The notes: generated from the letters alone by a model not told the origin. Numbered from the stretch's first letter, positions 1 to 10,494 are shown. The stretch: DNA of 64,000 nt from Alphaproteobacteria bacterium (GCA_965262615.1 OZ253545.1:800001-864000), one strand, 5' to 3'. Numbers and translations: made by a program.

Positions 1-1105
1 AGCCATTGGTGATGTCATGGGCGTCCGCCAGCGAGCCGATGGATTGTTCCATGACGGTGGGGCAGTCTTCATGCAGCAGTTTGGCTTTTTTGAGTTCCCC
101 CAGAACCGCCATGACACCGCCGGCGCGATGAAAATCCTCCATATGAAAATGGGAGCTGGGGGCGATTTTACACACATTGGGAATTGTGCGTGACAGGCGG
201 TCAATGTCGTTCATGCCAAATGAAATGTCACCCTCCCGTGCGGCAGCCAGCAGATGCAGCACCGTGTTGGTAGAGCCCCCCATAGCGATATCCACCGCCA
301 TGGCGTTTTCAAAAGAAGGGAAGGCGGCAATGCGGCGCGGCAGGACAGAATCATCATCGTGTTCATAGTAGCGTTTGGTGAGAGCCACGATGCGCCGCCC
401 TGCGTCCTTGAACAATTGCCCTCGCTTGTGATGGGTGGCGAGCAGACTGCCATTGCCGGGCTGCGCCAATCCGATGGCTTCGGTCAGACAATTCATGGAA
501 TTGGCGGTGAACATGCCGGAACACGAACCACATGTGGGACACGCACTGCGCTCATACCGCAGTGATTCATCATCACTGACATTGGGATTGGCACTCTGAA
601 CCATGGCATCAATGAGGTCAATGCTGCGCTCCTTGCCATTGGTTTCAATTTTGCCGGCTTCCATGGGACCGCCCGAGACAAAAATGGTGGGAATGTTGAG
701 CCGCATCGCCGCCATCAGCATGCCGGGGGTGATTTTGTCACAATTGGAGATGCACACCAGTCCATCGGCACAGTGGGCATTTGCCATGAATTCCACCGCA
801 TCGGCGATAATTTCGCGCGAAGGGAGAGAATACAGCATACCGTCATGCCCCATGGCAATGCCGTCATCCACGGCGATGGTGTTGAATTCTCGCCCGATGC
901 CGCCCGCCTCATAGATGGCATCCGCCACCAAGCCGCCCAAGTCTTTGAGATGCACATGCCCGGGCACAAATTGCGTAAAACTATTGGCGATGGCGATGAT
1001 GGGCTTGCCGAAATCATCATCGCTCATGCCGGTGGCGCGCCACAATCCTCGCGCGCCTGCCATGGTGCGTCCGTGGGTTGAGGTGCGTGAGCGATAGACT
1101 CCCAT
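1..1105 (-). CDS. ilvD: Dihydroxy-acid dehydratase (5' part; runs off the window edge)
   Basis: Manual translation from ATG at 1105 gives [27 protein letters not shown]...; later SNCDKITPG and [18 protein letters not shown] are IlvD motifs. Absent from the ORF track because there is no stop codon in the window. Confidence 0.95.
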   Translation of the reverse strand, partial: MGVYRSRTSTHGRTMAGARGLWRATGMSDDDFGKPIIAIANSFTQFVPGHVHLKDLGGLVADAIYEAGGIGREFNTIAVDDGIAMGHDGMLYSLPSREIIADAVEFMANAHCADGLVCISNCDKITPGMLMAAMRLNIPTIFVSGGPMEAGKIETNGKERSIDLIDAMVQSANPNVSDDESLRYERSACPTCGSCSGMFTANSMNCLTEAIGLAQPGNGSLLATHHKRGQLFKDAGRRIVALTKRYYEHDDDSVLPRRIAAFPSFENAMAVDIAMGGSTNTVLHLLAAAREGDISFGMNDIDRLSRTIPNVCKIAPSSHFHMEDFHRAGGVMAVLGELKKAKLLHEDCPTVMEQSIGSLADAHDITNG

Positions 1106-1125
1106 GACTAATGATTGTTGCAATC

Positions 1126-3744
1126 TCAGGCTGAACTGTCAAGCAATGAGGCAAGGGTGGATTCGTTGGCATCACAAGCCTCAAGGCGAGTTTTGTGCTG
1201 TGCAATCACATCTTCCGAGGCGCGCGTGATGAAGGCTTCATTGGCGAGTTTTTTTTGCAGTTGGGCGCGTTCTTTTTGCACCTCCGTCAGGTTCTTTTGC
1301 AATGTTGTCATGACGGCATTGCTTCGCAGTGCGTGAGGCAAAACCAGTGTGGCGTGATTGTGCTGCGTGCGAATGGTCACACGCCAATCGTCATCCTTGC
1401 CGTTTTCACGCAAGGGATTCAGGCGCGCCAGACGGCACAACGCCTCCTCATACCGATGACACAATTCGTGCCAATGGGAGGATGGCTCTATTGTCAGATG
1501 CCACAAATCATTGGGTTTGACATTCATCAAAGAGCGCATGGTGCGAATACGACCAATGAGATGGATGAACTCATTCACCCCAATGTCAATCTTCTCATGA
1601 GGTGGCAGTGTGACGGGTTCTGGAAATGATTGCGTCACCAGCAACCCCTCATCGTCACTGGCATGATGCCACAATTCCGCACTGACAAATGGCATAAACG
1701 GATGCATCAGACGCAGCAAACAGTGCAAAACATATCCCGTCACATGGCGCGTCTCATGGCTGTGCTGAGCGCGTAGAAGCGGTTTTGCCAGTTCCACATA
1801 CCAGTCGCAAAAATCATCACGGGTGAGATGGAGCAGATGATGGGTTGCCATGTCAAAGCGTCCGTTTTCAATGGCGTGGGTGATGGCGCGGGTGGCATCA
1901 TTGAGACGGCTCACCATCCACAAATTGAGAGGCTCTTGAAGGGTTTCATTGCGCCACGGCTCGGCGCGACATTCATTCATCAGGCAAAAACGGGTGACAT
2001 TCCACAGCTTGGTGGCAAAGTGACGATAGCCCTTCAGGCGCGCCTCATCCATGCGAATGTCTCGCCCCGGTGTGGTGAGTGCGGCAAGCGTAAAGCGAAG
2101 CGAGTCTGCTCCGTAGTCATCCACCAGCTGCAACGGGTCAATCACATTGCCTTTGGATTTGGACATTTTTTGCCCTTTGGCATCGCGCACCAGCGCATGA
2201 ACATAGACTTTGCGAAAAGGAATCGTGTCGGTCAATTCCAGTGACATCATCATCATGCGGGCGACCCAAAAAAAGATAATATCAAATCCCGTCACCAAGA
2301 CGGAGGTGGGATAGTACTGTTTCATGTCATCGCTGTCATTGGGCCATCCCAAAGTGGAGAAGGGCCACAGGGAGGAAGAAAACCATGTGTCCAGCACATC
2401 GGAATCTTGGGTGAGGGTGACAGGCGCGCTGTGGTGTTGTTGTGCTTTTTGCCTCGCTTCTTCCTCGCTCATGGCAACAAAAATGTGTCCTTGTTCATCG
2501 TACCATGCGGGGATGCGGTGTCCCCACCAGATTTGGCGCGAGATGCACCACGGCTGAATGTCGGCGAGCCATTGTTGATAGGTCTTGTTCCACTTGTCGG
2601 GAATGAAGATGGTGTCGCCTTTTTGCATGGCTTCGCTGGCGCGCTGTGCCATTTTTTTGGTGTCCACGAACCATTGGGAAGTGAGGTGCGGCTCAATGAT
2701 CGCTCCAGAGCGATCGCCATGAGGCGTGGGGATGAGGCTCTCTTCTTCTTTGAGCAGTAGATTTTGTTGTGCCAACTCTTTGAGGATGAGGGCGCGCGCC
2801 GCAAAGCGATCCATGCCGCGCCATCGCTCGGGGACTTCATCATTGTAGCGGGCGTGTCCATCAAAGACCGACGGCATGGGCAAGTTATGACGCTCCCCGA
2901 CGGCAAAGTCATTGAAGTCATGAGCGGGCGTGATTTTCACCGCGCCTGAGCCTTTTGTCGGGTCGGCATGGGAATCGGCAATGATGGGGAGAGTGCGATC
3001 AAAAAGCGGCAGACGGCACTCCTTGCCGATGAGAGGTCGGTAGCGTTCATCATCGGGATGCACCGCAACGGCACTGTCACCCGCCATGGTCTCAGGACGG
3101 GTGGTGGCAATGACAATAGAGCCGCCGCCAATCAACGGGTAGCTGATATGCCACAAATGACCCTTCACATCGCGCGTCTCCACCTCCAAATCGGAAATGG
3201 CGGTCGCCAGCACAGGGTCCCAATTGACAAGACGCAAGCCTCTATAAATGAGACCTTTGTGATAGAGCCGAACAAATGCTGTGCGAACGGCGTGAGAGAG
3301 TCCGTCATCCAGCGTGAAGCGGGCGCGCTCCCACGCAGCGGATGCACCCAGTCGTTGCAATTGATTGACGATATGATGCCCCGACTCTTCTTTCCACTGC
3401 CAGACGCGCTTCAAAAATGCCTCTCTGCCCATGCTGTGGCGGTCTTTGTTCTCGGTCTCCAATTGACGCTCCACCAGAGCTTGTGTGGCAATGCCGGCGT
3501 GGTCGGTGCCGGGCTGCCAGAGGGTTTTGCAGCCTCCCATGCGATGATAACGCACCAAAATATCTTGCAAGGTGGTGTTGAGGGCATGACCCATGTGCAG
3601 CCTGCCGGTCACATTGGGCGGCGGCATCATGATACAAAACGCTTCGCCATCGCCCGTGGCGGCAAAGGCGTTGTGACTCATCTCTTGGGAAAAATGATCG
3701 TGTTCAAAGCGGGAGGGATCAAAATTCTTTGGAAGCGTTGTCAT
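1126..3744 (-). CDS. valS: Valine--tRNA ligase
   Basis: [29 protein letters not shown] motifs; C-terminal coiled coil. Confidence 0.98.
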   Translation of the reverse strand: MTTLPKNFDPSRFEHDHFSQEMSHNAFAATGDGEAFCIMMPPPNVTGRLHMGHALNTTLQDILVRYHRMGGCKTLWQPGTDHAGIATQALVERQLETENKDRHSMGREAFLKRVWQWKEESGHHIVNQLQRLGASAAWERARFTLDDGLSHAVRTAFVRLYHKGLIYRGLRLVNWDPVLATAISDLEVETRDVKGHLWHISYPLIGGGSIVIATTRPETMAGDSAVAVHPDDERYRPLIGKECRLPLFDRTLPIIADSHADPTKGSGAVKITPAHDFNDFAVGERHNLPMPSVFDGHARYNDEVPERWRGMDRFAARALILKELAQQNLLLKEEESLIPTPHGDRSGAIIEPHLTSQWFVDTKKMAQRASEAMQKGDTIFIPDKWNKTYQQWLADIQPWCISRQIWWGHRIPAWYDEQGHIFVAMSEEEARQKAQQHHSAPVTLTQDSDVLDTWFSSSLWPFSTLGWPNDSDDMKQYYPTSVLVTGFDIIFFWVARMMMMSLELTDTIPFRKVYVHALVRDAKGQKMSKSKGNVIDPLQLVDDYGADSLRFTLAALTTPGRDIRMDEARLKGYRHFATKLWNVTRFCLMNECRAEPWRNETLQEPLNLWMVSRLNDATRAITHAIENGRFDMATHHLLHLTRDDFCDWYVELAKPLLRAQHSHETRHVTGYVLHCLLRLMHPFMPFVSAELWHHASDDEGLLVTQSFPEPVTLPPHEKIDIGVNEFIHLIGRIRTMRSLMNVKPNDLWHLTIEPSSHWHELCHRYEEALCRLARLNPLRENGKDDDWRVTIRTQHNHATLVLPHALRSNAVMTTLQKNLTEVQKERAQLQKKLANEAFITRASEDVIAQHKTRLEACDANESTLASLLDSSA

Positions 3745-4588
3745 GATTTGTTTTTTTCTTCAGTGCTTGATCAACCGCTTGCTCCACTAATTGGGGCATG
3801 TGTGCCTCCAGCCATTCTTTGGCTTTGAGCTCAATGACATCATCTATTTTTTCTTCTTTGGTGAAGATATGACTGATTTTGCCCTTCAATTGATTCATGA
3901 CAGACGCCTTGACAGATGCCTCATGAGAAACGCCGCCGCTATCCGCCGTGCCAATGAGAGGCAGGCTGATAATGGTGCCGTTGTCATCAATCATGTCGGT
4001 GAGCTCAAGGCACGGAGTGGTCTCGGTGATGGTGTTTTGCGGCGCAGCAGGGAGCTCTTTAACACTTTCTTTGGTGACGGGCTTTTTGAAAACGGCGACA
4101 TCTTCTTGTGGGGGAGGCTCTTCAGCTTTTTTCATGACCGGAGGCGAGAGGATTTTTTCTGTGGGAAATTCACTGGGCGTGTCGGCTTTCACCTCGCTGG
4201 AAGGTTCACTGGGCGGCGTATCGGTTTTCACTGTGCTGAAAAGTTGATTGGGCGGCGTGTCTGTTTTACCGCCGCGAAAAACCGCCGCTTGCGGTGAGGC
4301 AGAAAATTTTTTCCTGGTCAGAGAACGAGCAGGAGCTGATGGCGAAGGGGGCTCAGCAGGTTTTGCAGCAACAGGGGCAGCAGGCGGCGCGGGTGCGGCA
4401 GGAGGCGGCGGCGGTGAAACAGGAGGCGCAGTCTCCACAGGGGGTGCAGTCTCCACAGGGGGTGGTTGAGAGGCAGAGGGCGGCACAGAAGCGTCATCAT
4501 TTTGATCAATGATGCGACTGACCGCACGCAAAATATCTTCGGTGGATTCAAAGCGATCAATTTTGGATGTTTGATTGGAATCGTCCAT
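3719..4588 (-). CDS. popZ: Polar organizing protein PopZ-like (DUF2497)
   Basis: N-terminal helix STEDILRAVSRII, Pro/Glu-rich linker, C-terminal KEWLEAHMPQLVEQAV; conserved pcm-tolC-popZ-valS order. Confidence 0.8.
   Translation of the reverse strand: MDDSNQTSKIDRFESTEDILRAVSRIIDQNDDASVPPSASQPPPVETAPPVETAPPVSPPPPPAAPAPPAAPVAAKPAEPPSPSAPARSLTRKKFSASPQAAVFRGGKTDTPPNQLFSTVKTDTPPSEPSSEVKADTPSEFPTEKILSPPVMKKAEEPPPQEDVAVFKKPVTKESVKELPAAPQNTITETTPCLELTDMIDDNGTIISLPLIGTADSGGVSHEASVKASVMNQLKGKISHIFTKEEKIDDVIELKAKEWLEAHMPQLVEQAVDQALKKKTNHDNASKEF
4428..4463. repeat. 18-bp tandem repeat x2 (PPVETA) in popZ linker
   Basis: gcagtctccacagggggt at 4428-4445 and 4446-4463. Confidence 0.9.
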
Positions 4589-4626
4589 GCTCAGTGCTCT
4601 TGAAGGTGTTCTTTGGTGGTTTCAAT

Positions 4627-5910
4627 TTAGTCTTTTGCGCGTGGAATGGCAAGAGTTTGTGGTGTGAGCGCGCCGACCGCTTGCAACAGGCGGTAATGAT
4701 AGAGGGCACGGTCGCGTTTGCTACGCACCAAATCGCTTTGCGATTGAAACAGCTCTTGTTCGGCATTGAGAACATCCAGCACATCTCTTTGTCCCAGTTC
4801 TTCTTCGCTTTGCACCCCATCCAGAGCGAGGCGATTGGCTTTGACCTGATTGCGCAATGCCCGCACACGAGCCGATGAGGCTTGCCACTGATGCCATGCG
4901 GTGGTGGCTTCCTGTTTGATGCGCTCTTTGGCATTGTGATAGAGATACTCTTTGCTACGGCGCAGGCTGCGTTTTTCGTCAATGGTGGCGTAATCGCTGG
5001 CACTGAAAATGTTCATCCGCAGGCGAGCGGTGGCAGTGAGAGAGTCACTGCGGCTGCCCTTGTTGAACGAATCAAACTGACGACCCACACTGCCTTCCAA
5101 TTCAAATGACGGCAGCAACGCAGCAAATGATTCACTCACTTCTTCGCGAGCCGCCTGCCACTCATGACGATGCTTGCGAATGGTGGGATGAGATTGAGCG
5201 CGCGTCAACGCGTCTCCGAGCGATGAAGGGGCTTGTCCGATGAGGGGGGGCTCTTGATCGGCAGGGTTTGTGTCATCAAGCTGCGTGACCTGAATAAAGC
5301 GAGCCCGTGTTGCGGCTAAAGTTGCTTGCGCAGCAGCCGTGGTGGCGCGTGCCGATGCCAGACGCGCCTCAGACTGAGAGACATCCGTCTGCGTGCTGTC
5401 GCCCAGCTCATATCGCTGTGTGACTTCATCTTTTTCCCGTGTGAGCAATTGTTCGTTGTGGCGCGCCAGTTTGACCAGTTCTTGGTCTTGCACAAGATTG
5501 AGATAGGCGGTGATGGCTTCCAGCAGAATTTCTTGCATGACCTCAAGGGTTTGAGCGATTTGTGCTTCTTGATTTTCTTCGGCTTTGCGAATGCGAGCGA
5601 TTTTCGCACCCCCTTCAAAAATAGGTTGGGTAACGCTGATGGATGCGGCGCGTGGGTTTCTGTTTTCATCGGCACTGAAGAAAGCGGTTTTGCTCTCCAC
5701 TTTGGATGTTCCCACACTGGCTTGAGCCGACACGGTGGGCAAGTATGCCAGATACTGCCGCCAGACTCGTGACGATGCGGCATCACGCTCCTCCCGCATC
5801 GCCAGCAGGCGCGGATGATTAAAATAAGCGGACGCAAAACTTTCTTGAAAGCCAACCCCGTGACTATCAGAAATCCATGCCAGTGCGACAATAAAAGCGA
5901 GAATTTTCAT
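4627..5910 (-). CDS. tolC: TolC-family outer membrane efflux protein
   Basis: Signal peptide; YLPTVS, QPIFEGG, G.RDVLDVLNAEQELF motifs. Confidence 0.9.
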   Translation of the reverse strand: MKILAFIVALAWISDSHGVGFQESFASAYFNHPRLLAMREERDAASSRVWRQYLAYLPTVSAQASVGTSKVESKTAFFSADENRNPRAASISVTQPIFEGGAKIARIRKAEENQEAQIAQTLEVMQEILLEAITAYLNLVQDQELVKLARHNEQLLTREKDEVTQRYELGDSTQTDVSQSEARLASARATTAAAQATLAATRARFIQVTQLDDTNPADQEPPLIGQAPSSLGDALTRAQSHPTIRKHRHEWQAAREEVSESFAALLPSFELEGSVGRQFDSFNKGSRSDSLTATARLRMNIFSASDYATIDEKRSLRRSKEYLYHNAKERIKQEATTAWHQWQASSARVRALRNQVKANRLALDGVQSEEELGQRDVLDVLNAEQELFQSQSDLVRSKRDRALYHYRLLQAVGALTPQTLAIPRAKD

Positions 5911-6569
5911 GAAACAAAAGCAAATGAGGACGATGTGTGCGCCATTGCCAAAGGAGGGGAATCCAGATTGCTCGCCACCATCACCGCACCGCCTCGGGCG
6001 CGGTGGCGCATCATGGAACAGCTGATGCCATCGTTCACCAGCACCATCAGCACCCCCCGTGATGTCAATTGTTGGGTGAGGTGGCGCATGGACACCCCCT
6101 CATCCACAAAGCCCGCCAACACAATGATGTCATAGGGCGCATGAGGAAGGCAGCCGCTCAGTAAATGACCTTGATGAAAATGAATGTGCTCATCGCCGTG
6201 TGTTTGCTGCTTCAGATGCTCAATATCTGCATCCAGCAGCGTGACACTGAGATTTAATTGACGCGCAATGGCTGTGCCATATAAAGAAGGCTCACCAATA
6301 ATCAGGATGTTGCGGGCATCGGGCACTGCCAGCAATGCCTCTTGCATCAGGCGGGCAAATGTCAAAACTTTGAGCAGGCAACGCTCCGCCGTGATGGGTA
6401 TATTCCGATCGCTATAGGCGATGGCTTGTTGTTTCAGAGGCAGATAGCGTTCTCGCTGCACGCTGGCGATGGCTTCCAGCAGTCGGTCATGAAAAATCCC
6501 TTGCGGACGCAGCTGTCCGTCAATCATTGTGCGCCTTTGCCCGTCACGATTTTTGTCAAAGCGATCCAT
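5907..6569 (-). CDS. pcm: Protein-L-isoaspartate O-methyltransferase-like
   Basis: RRTMIDGQLRP, RERYLP..AYSD, APYDII; SAM-binding Gly loop degenerate; position upstream of tolC. Confidence 0.75.
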   Translation of the reverse strand: MDRFDKNRDGQRRTMIDGQLRPQGIFHDRLLEAIASVQRERYLPLKQQAIAYSDRNIPITAERCLLKVLTFARLMQEALLAVPDARNILIIGEPSLYGTAIARQLNLSVTLLDADIEHLKQQTHGDEHIHFHQGHLLSGCLPHAPYDIIVLAGFVDEGVSMRHLTQQLTSRGVLMVLVNDGISCSMMRHRARGGAVMVASNLDSPPLAMAHTSSSFAFVS

Positions 6570-6575
6570 TCTTTT

Positions 6576-6603
6576 TTGTCAAATCACTATTGTATGCTAT
6601 AAA
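6576..6603 (+). promoter_or_regulatory. Candidate sigma70 promoter for dnaX
   Basis: TTGTCA-N16-TATAAA with an extended TG, 20 nt upstream of the dnaX ATG. Confidence 0.4.
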
Positions 6604-6623
6604 GAGTCGTTGGATAACACAAG

Positions 6624-7877
6624 ATGAATAAAACAGAAAATCAAGAGACTCTGGTGCTGGCGCGCCGCTATCGTCCTGCTCGCTTCACCGATGTGATTGG
6701 ACAGGATGTCTCCGCTCGCATTTTGATGAACAGCTGTGAGACGGGACGAGTGGCTCATGCCTTTTTATTGAGTGGCATCAGGGGCACAGGCAAGACAACG
6801 CTGGCGCGCATCATGGCACTCGCGCTCAATTGTCAGGAGACCGACCGACCCAATCCTCATCCGTGTGGCACATGTGATTCGTGTCGCGCCATTCTGGAAG
6901 GACGCGCCGTGGATGTGATTGAACTGGACGCCGCCAGTCATACCGGTGTGGATCACATGCGCGATCTGCTGGACAGGCTTTCCTATGGCGCGGTGGCGGC
7001 ACGCACCAAGGTGTATATTTTGGATGAAGCTCACATGTTGAGCAAGGGGGCGGTCAATGCATTGTTGAAAACATTGGAAGAGCCACCGTCTGGCGTGGTT
7101 TTTATTCTTGCCACCACCGAATTGGATCGCATTCCTGCCACCATTCGCTCTCGCTGTCAGCATCATGTTTTGCGCCGTGTGTCTCATGGAACTTTGCAAA
7201 AGCATTTTTTGCACATTGCTAGCCAAGAAAATCTCACCTTGCATGAAGATGCCGCCGCCTTGCTGGCGATGCTGGCGGAGGGGTCGGTGCGCGATGGTCT
7301 CTCCTTACTGGATACGGCGATTGCCGCAAGTGACAAGGGAGTCATCACCGCCGCCATCGTCCGAGACATGGTGGGAATGGCACAGCAGACGCAAACGCAG
7401 CAATTGCTGGATCATATTCTTGCCGCCAACACTAGCGACGCCCTCACCCATGCGCGCGCCCTCTATCAAGAGGGCTCCGAGCCCGAACAATTGGCGCGTG
7501 AGCTGTTGCGATTGTGTCATGAATCATTGGTGCATCATGTGATGGAACAACAGACACCAGATGATGCCTTGCTGGTGCGTTACAGTCGTTTGTGGCAAAT
7601 TCTTTTGCACAATTATGAGGACATCACGCACGCTCCTCATCCGATGGCAACACTGGAGATGGGCATTGTGCGGGCGACTCATGCACTCAATGTGGCAGGC
7701 ATGGATGATATGGTGAGACATGTGGCACAGCAATTGCGACATGGTGCGCCGTCACCGCCGCCCCATGCCCCAAAAAAAGATACCACCGCACCTCAAGCCT
7801 TATCCACTGATGAGGCATCTCTCACTGAGGCGGCATTGACACTTTTTCCTGATGCCACCGTTGAGCCCTCGTCCTGA
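6624..7877 (+). CDS. dnaX: DNA polymerase III subunit gamma/tau (short form)
   Basis: LARRYRP, Walker A GIRGTGKT, Zn Cys cluster, DEAHML, SRC motif, C-terminal AALTLFPDA. Confidence 0.97.
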   Translation: MNKTENQETLVLARRYRPARFTDVIGQDVSARILMNSCETGRVAHAFLLSGIRGTGKTTLARIMALALNCQETDRPNPHPCGTCDSCRAILEGRAVDVIELDAASHTGVDHMRDLLDRLSYGAVAARTKVYILDEAHMLSKGAVNALLKTLEEPPSGVVFILATTELDRIPATIRSRCQHHVLRRVSHGTLQKHFLHIASQENLTLHEDAAALLAMLAEGSVRDGLSLLDTAIAASDKGVITAAIVRDMVGMAQQTQTQQLLDHILAANTSDALTHARALYQEGSEPEQLARELLRLCHESLVHHVMEQQTPDDALLVRYSRLWQILLHNYEDITHAPHPMATLEMGIVRATHALNVAGMDDMVRHVAQQLRHGAPSPPPHAPKKDTTAPQALSTDEASLTEAALTLFPDATVEPSS

Positions 7878-8494
7878 TGGCGCAGAGCTTGCTGCACCGA
7901 CTCATTGATTCTCTTGCGCGCCTGCCTGGTTTGGGTCCTCGTTCGGCACGGCGCATTGCGTTTCATCTCTTGCGTCATAGGGATTCTCTCATGACACCTC
8001 TGGCGCACATCCTCACCCAAAGCGCACAGCAGATTATGGCGTGTCGCCACTGTGGCAACTGGGATGAGTGCGATCCGTGTCATTTGTGTGATGATGAAAG
8101 CCGTGACAGCCACTCATTGTGTGTGGTGGAGCAAGTATCAGACTTATGGGCTTTGGAGCGGGCGGCGATGTATCAGGGGCGTTATTTTGTTTTGGGAGGC
8201 ACTTTATCGGTCTATCGCGAAATGAATCCCGAATTGTTGCGCCTGCCTCAATTGGTGCAATGGATTGAGCGTCATGATGTGCAAGAGGTCATTCTTGCCA
8301 CCAATGCCACTGTGGATGGACAAATGACCGCCGACTACATTGTGTCTATGCTCACCGAGCATTATGGGGAGCGTTTGCGGGTGTCTCACTTGGCGCGCGG
8401 GCTTCCTGTGGGAGGCGAACTGGACTATTTGGATGATGGCACTCTGGCGGCGGCTTTCACCGAGCGCATTCGCTCTGAGGTGGAGTCAAAATAA
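7877..8494 (+). CDS. recR: Recombination protein RecR
   Basis: LPGLGPRSARR HhH, C4 zinc finger, Toprim EVILAT, GGELDYLD. Confidence 0.97.
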   Translation: MAQSLLHRLIDSLARLPGLGPRSARRIAFHLLRHRDSLMTPLAHILTQSAQQIMACRHCGNWDECDPCHLCDDESRDSHSLCVVEQVSDLWALERAAMYQGRYFVLGGTLSVYREMNPELLRLPQLVQWIERHDVQEVILATNATVDGQMTADYIVSMLTEHYGERLRVSHLARGLPVGGELDYLDDGTLAAAFTERIRSEVESK

Positions 8495-9411
8495 TGCGTT
8501 TTGCGTTGTGGTGTGTGGGTGTGCTGAGTTTGTCTGCGTTTGACGCGCTCGCCGATACGCCACTGTCTTTTGCACTGGATGAGGGGGAGTCTGTGGAGAT
8601 TGGGGCACAGGGAGATATTACTTGGTCAGAGGTGCATCACAGTTTGACGGCGCGCAAATCGGCTTTTGTGGCACAGGGGCAGCAGCGCGTGGATGCCGAC
8701 ACCATCTTTTTCTTTTTCGCCGATGACCCATCGCAAGATGGCATGGATTCTTTGCAATTGGTCTCAATGGATGCGGCAGGAGAAGTGCATATTCAAAACG
8801 CTCGTAGCCGCGCCACGGCACAGCGTGCCAATTATCATGCGACAACGCGCGTTCTCACTCTTTATGCCGATGAGGCAGAAGAGGTCTGGCTTTATTTTCC
8901 CGACAGAAAGTTTGAACTCACCGCCAAGCAGCAATTGGTTTATGATGACATCAAAGGGCGCGCCCATGCCACAGGAGGCACGCTTTTTACCCATCACCAA
9001 TTCACGCTGCACAGTGATGAGCTCATTGCTTTCATGACGGATGCGCCCAATCGTGCCATGGCGGCGTTGCGTGCCAATCATGGCGTGATTTTGCGTCATC
9101 CCCAAGGGCAGTTGCAAGGCAAGCACGGCGTGTACGACCTTGCCGCCAATGTGGTCACCATGAGTGGCGATGTGCGTCTGACCAGTGACGGTAAGGAATT
9201 TGCGGGTGATTACGGAATTTTTAATTTGCGGACGGGAGTCAGTCGCTTGGTTTCATTTGCCGAAGCCGAGCATTTGCGCGCCCGCTACAAAGCCCCCATT
9301 GAGCGCACCGTTCGCACTGAGATGGGCAGTGACTCAAAACGCCCCACGGCTGTCATCACCATCAATCCCAACGGTGCACAAGAAAACGAACCATCCAGCG
9401 AGCAGCAATGA
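8494..9411 (+). CDS. lptA: LptA/OstA-family LPS transport protein
   Basis: Signal peptide; two beta-jellyroll-like repeats (A.GEVHI..ATAQRANY; GVYDL..VTMSGDVRL); upstream of lptB. Confidence 0.75.
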   Translation: MRFALWCVGVLSLSAFDALADTPLSFALDEGESVEIGAQGDITWSEVHHSLTARKSAFVAQGQQRVDADTIFFFFADDPSQDGMDSLQLVSMDAAGEVHIQNARSRATAQRANYHATTRVLTLYADEAEEVWLYFPDRKFELTAKQQLVYDDIKGRAHATGGTLFTHHQFTLHSDELIAFMTDAPNRAMAALRANHGVILRHPQGQLQGKHGVYDLAANVVTMSGDVRLTSDGKEFAGDYGIFNLRTGVSRLVSFAEAEHLRARYKAPIERTVRTEMGSDSKRPTAVITINPNGAQENEPSSEQQ

Positions 9412-9633
9412 TTAGCCTCTGCGAACGGGCTTGCCTTTAAGTGCCTGTTCATACTCCCATTTGGCGGCAGATGCTCGCGTGACCCTATGCCCCACTTGGA
9501 AAATATGACCTTTTTTGCCGTATGTTCGCTTATGCTCCTCTTCGCGTCGTTGAAGATCATTGGTGATGCCCGTATGGATGATCCTGTTACCTTTTTTGAA
9601 ATGGTACTTATAGATGCACTTATCCTGATACAT
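9412..9633 (-). CDS. Mini GIY-YIG-like protein, copy A (73 aa)
   Basis: IYKY...HTGITNDLQRREEEH...KWE; AAGGAG SD upstream of ATG 9633. Confidence 0.75.
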   Translation of the reverse strand: MYQDKCIYKYHFKKGNRIIHTGITNDLQRREEEHKRTYGKKGHIFQVGHRVTRASAAKWEYEQALKGKPVRRG

Positions 9634-9668
9634 GACAAACTCCTTCAGCAAGATGGGGTGCTGATTCC

Positions 9669-9696
9669 AGTATAGTCTTTATTTGTGTTTTTTCAA
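9669..9696 (-). promoter_or_regulatory. Sigma70-like promoter of mini GIY-YIG copy A
   Basis: TTGAAA-N16-TATACT on the minus strand; near-duplicate at 9962-9990. Confidence 0.6.
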
Positions 9697-9713
9697 TTGA
9701 GCAGGAATAATTA

Positions 9714-9926
9714 TTAGTGAATAGGCGTTCCTTGCCGTGCTTGTTCATGTTCCCATTTGACAGCATCGTATCGCGTCACTCTGTCCCCCACTCTCTCAAC
9801 AGAACATTGGGAATTTTCCTGCTCATATTCTTTTTCAATGAGTTCAATATCTTTGGTGATGCCCGCATAGACAATCTTGCCATCTACTTTCAAAAAGTAA
9901 CGATAAATGCACCTGTCCTTATACAT
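9714..9926 (-). CDS. Mini GIY-YIG-like protein, copy B (70 aa; Arg/His replaced)
   Basis: IYRY...YAGITKDIELIEKEY...VG.RVTR..A.KWE; clear paralogue of 9412-9633; GAGGGAG SD. Confidence 0.72.
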   Translation of the reverse strand: MYKDRCIYRYFLKVDGKIVYAGITKDIELIEKEYEQENSQCSVERVGDRVTRYDAVKWEHEQARQGTPIH

Positions 9927-9961
9927 GACAAACTCCCTCAATAAAATGGACTGCTGATGCC

Positions 9962-9990
9962 AATATAGTCTTTATTTGTGTTTTTTTCAA
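9962..9990 (-). promoter_or_regulatory. Sigma70-like promoter of mini GIY-YIG copy B
   Basis: TTGAAA-N17-TATATT on the minus strand. Confidence 0.6.
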
Positions 9991-10494
9991 TTATGAATTT
10001 GCATAATATGCCTGAATTTTTTTCAAAATGAGCAAAGTAATTTTAGCAAATTGATTGATATCAAAGGTGACTTCCCACTTCGCTTCTATTTTATTATTGG
10101 GATTTTCACCCGTCATGGTGACAGAAGACGCATAGTGGTAAGCATATGCGTGAATAACCTTATGACATAATGGCAAAAAATAAATTGTTTCTTTTTCTTT
10201 CTTACCTTCTTTGCTGGTCATCAGAATCGTGCCACATTTCTCGTCATCAAAAGTACTGAGAATTTTTTCTTTTTGCTTTCTTTTTTCCTCATTTTTGTCG
10301 GCAAGTGTTTGTTCGTTTAATTTACGCATAAAGACGGCGATGATGATGAGCGATTTGGTGGCTGTTTCATTCAATGTGTCGTGATGGGAAGGTGTGTTCA
10401 ATGACTGCATATTTTCTTTTGCCGCAAGAATGGCTTGCAAAAGATAAAGTTCCTTGTGCAATTCGGCAACATTGAAAAGGAATTGAGCATTCAT
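9991..10494 (-). CDS. Hypothetical AT-rich protein, possibly HEPN-like
   Basis: 167-aa ORF with a helical-looking N-half and an LCHKVIHA motif loosely resembling the HEPN Rx4-6H motif. The ORF is likely real; the family call is weak. Confidence 0.6.
   Translation of the reverse strand: MNAQFLFNVAELHKELYLLQAILAAKENMQSLNTPSHHDTLNETATKSLIIIAVFMRKLNEQTLADKNEEKRKQKEKILSTFDDEKCGTILMTSKEGKKEKETIYFLPLCHKVIHAYAYHYASSVTMTGENPNNKIEAKWEVTFDINQFAKITLLILKKIQAYYANS

Noticed and set aside
6570-6623. SRP RNA (ffs) upstream of dnaX
   Set aside because: The intergenic region is only 54 nt and lacks the SRP hairpin motif.
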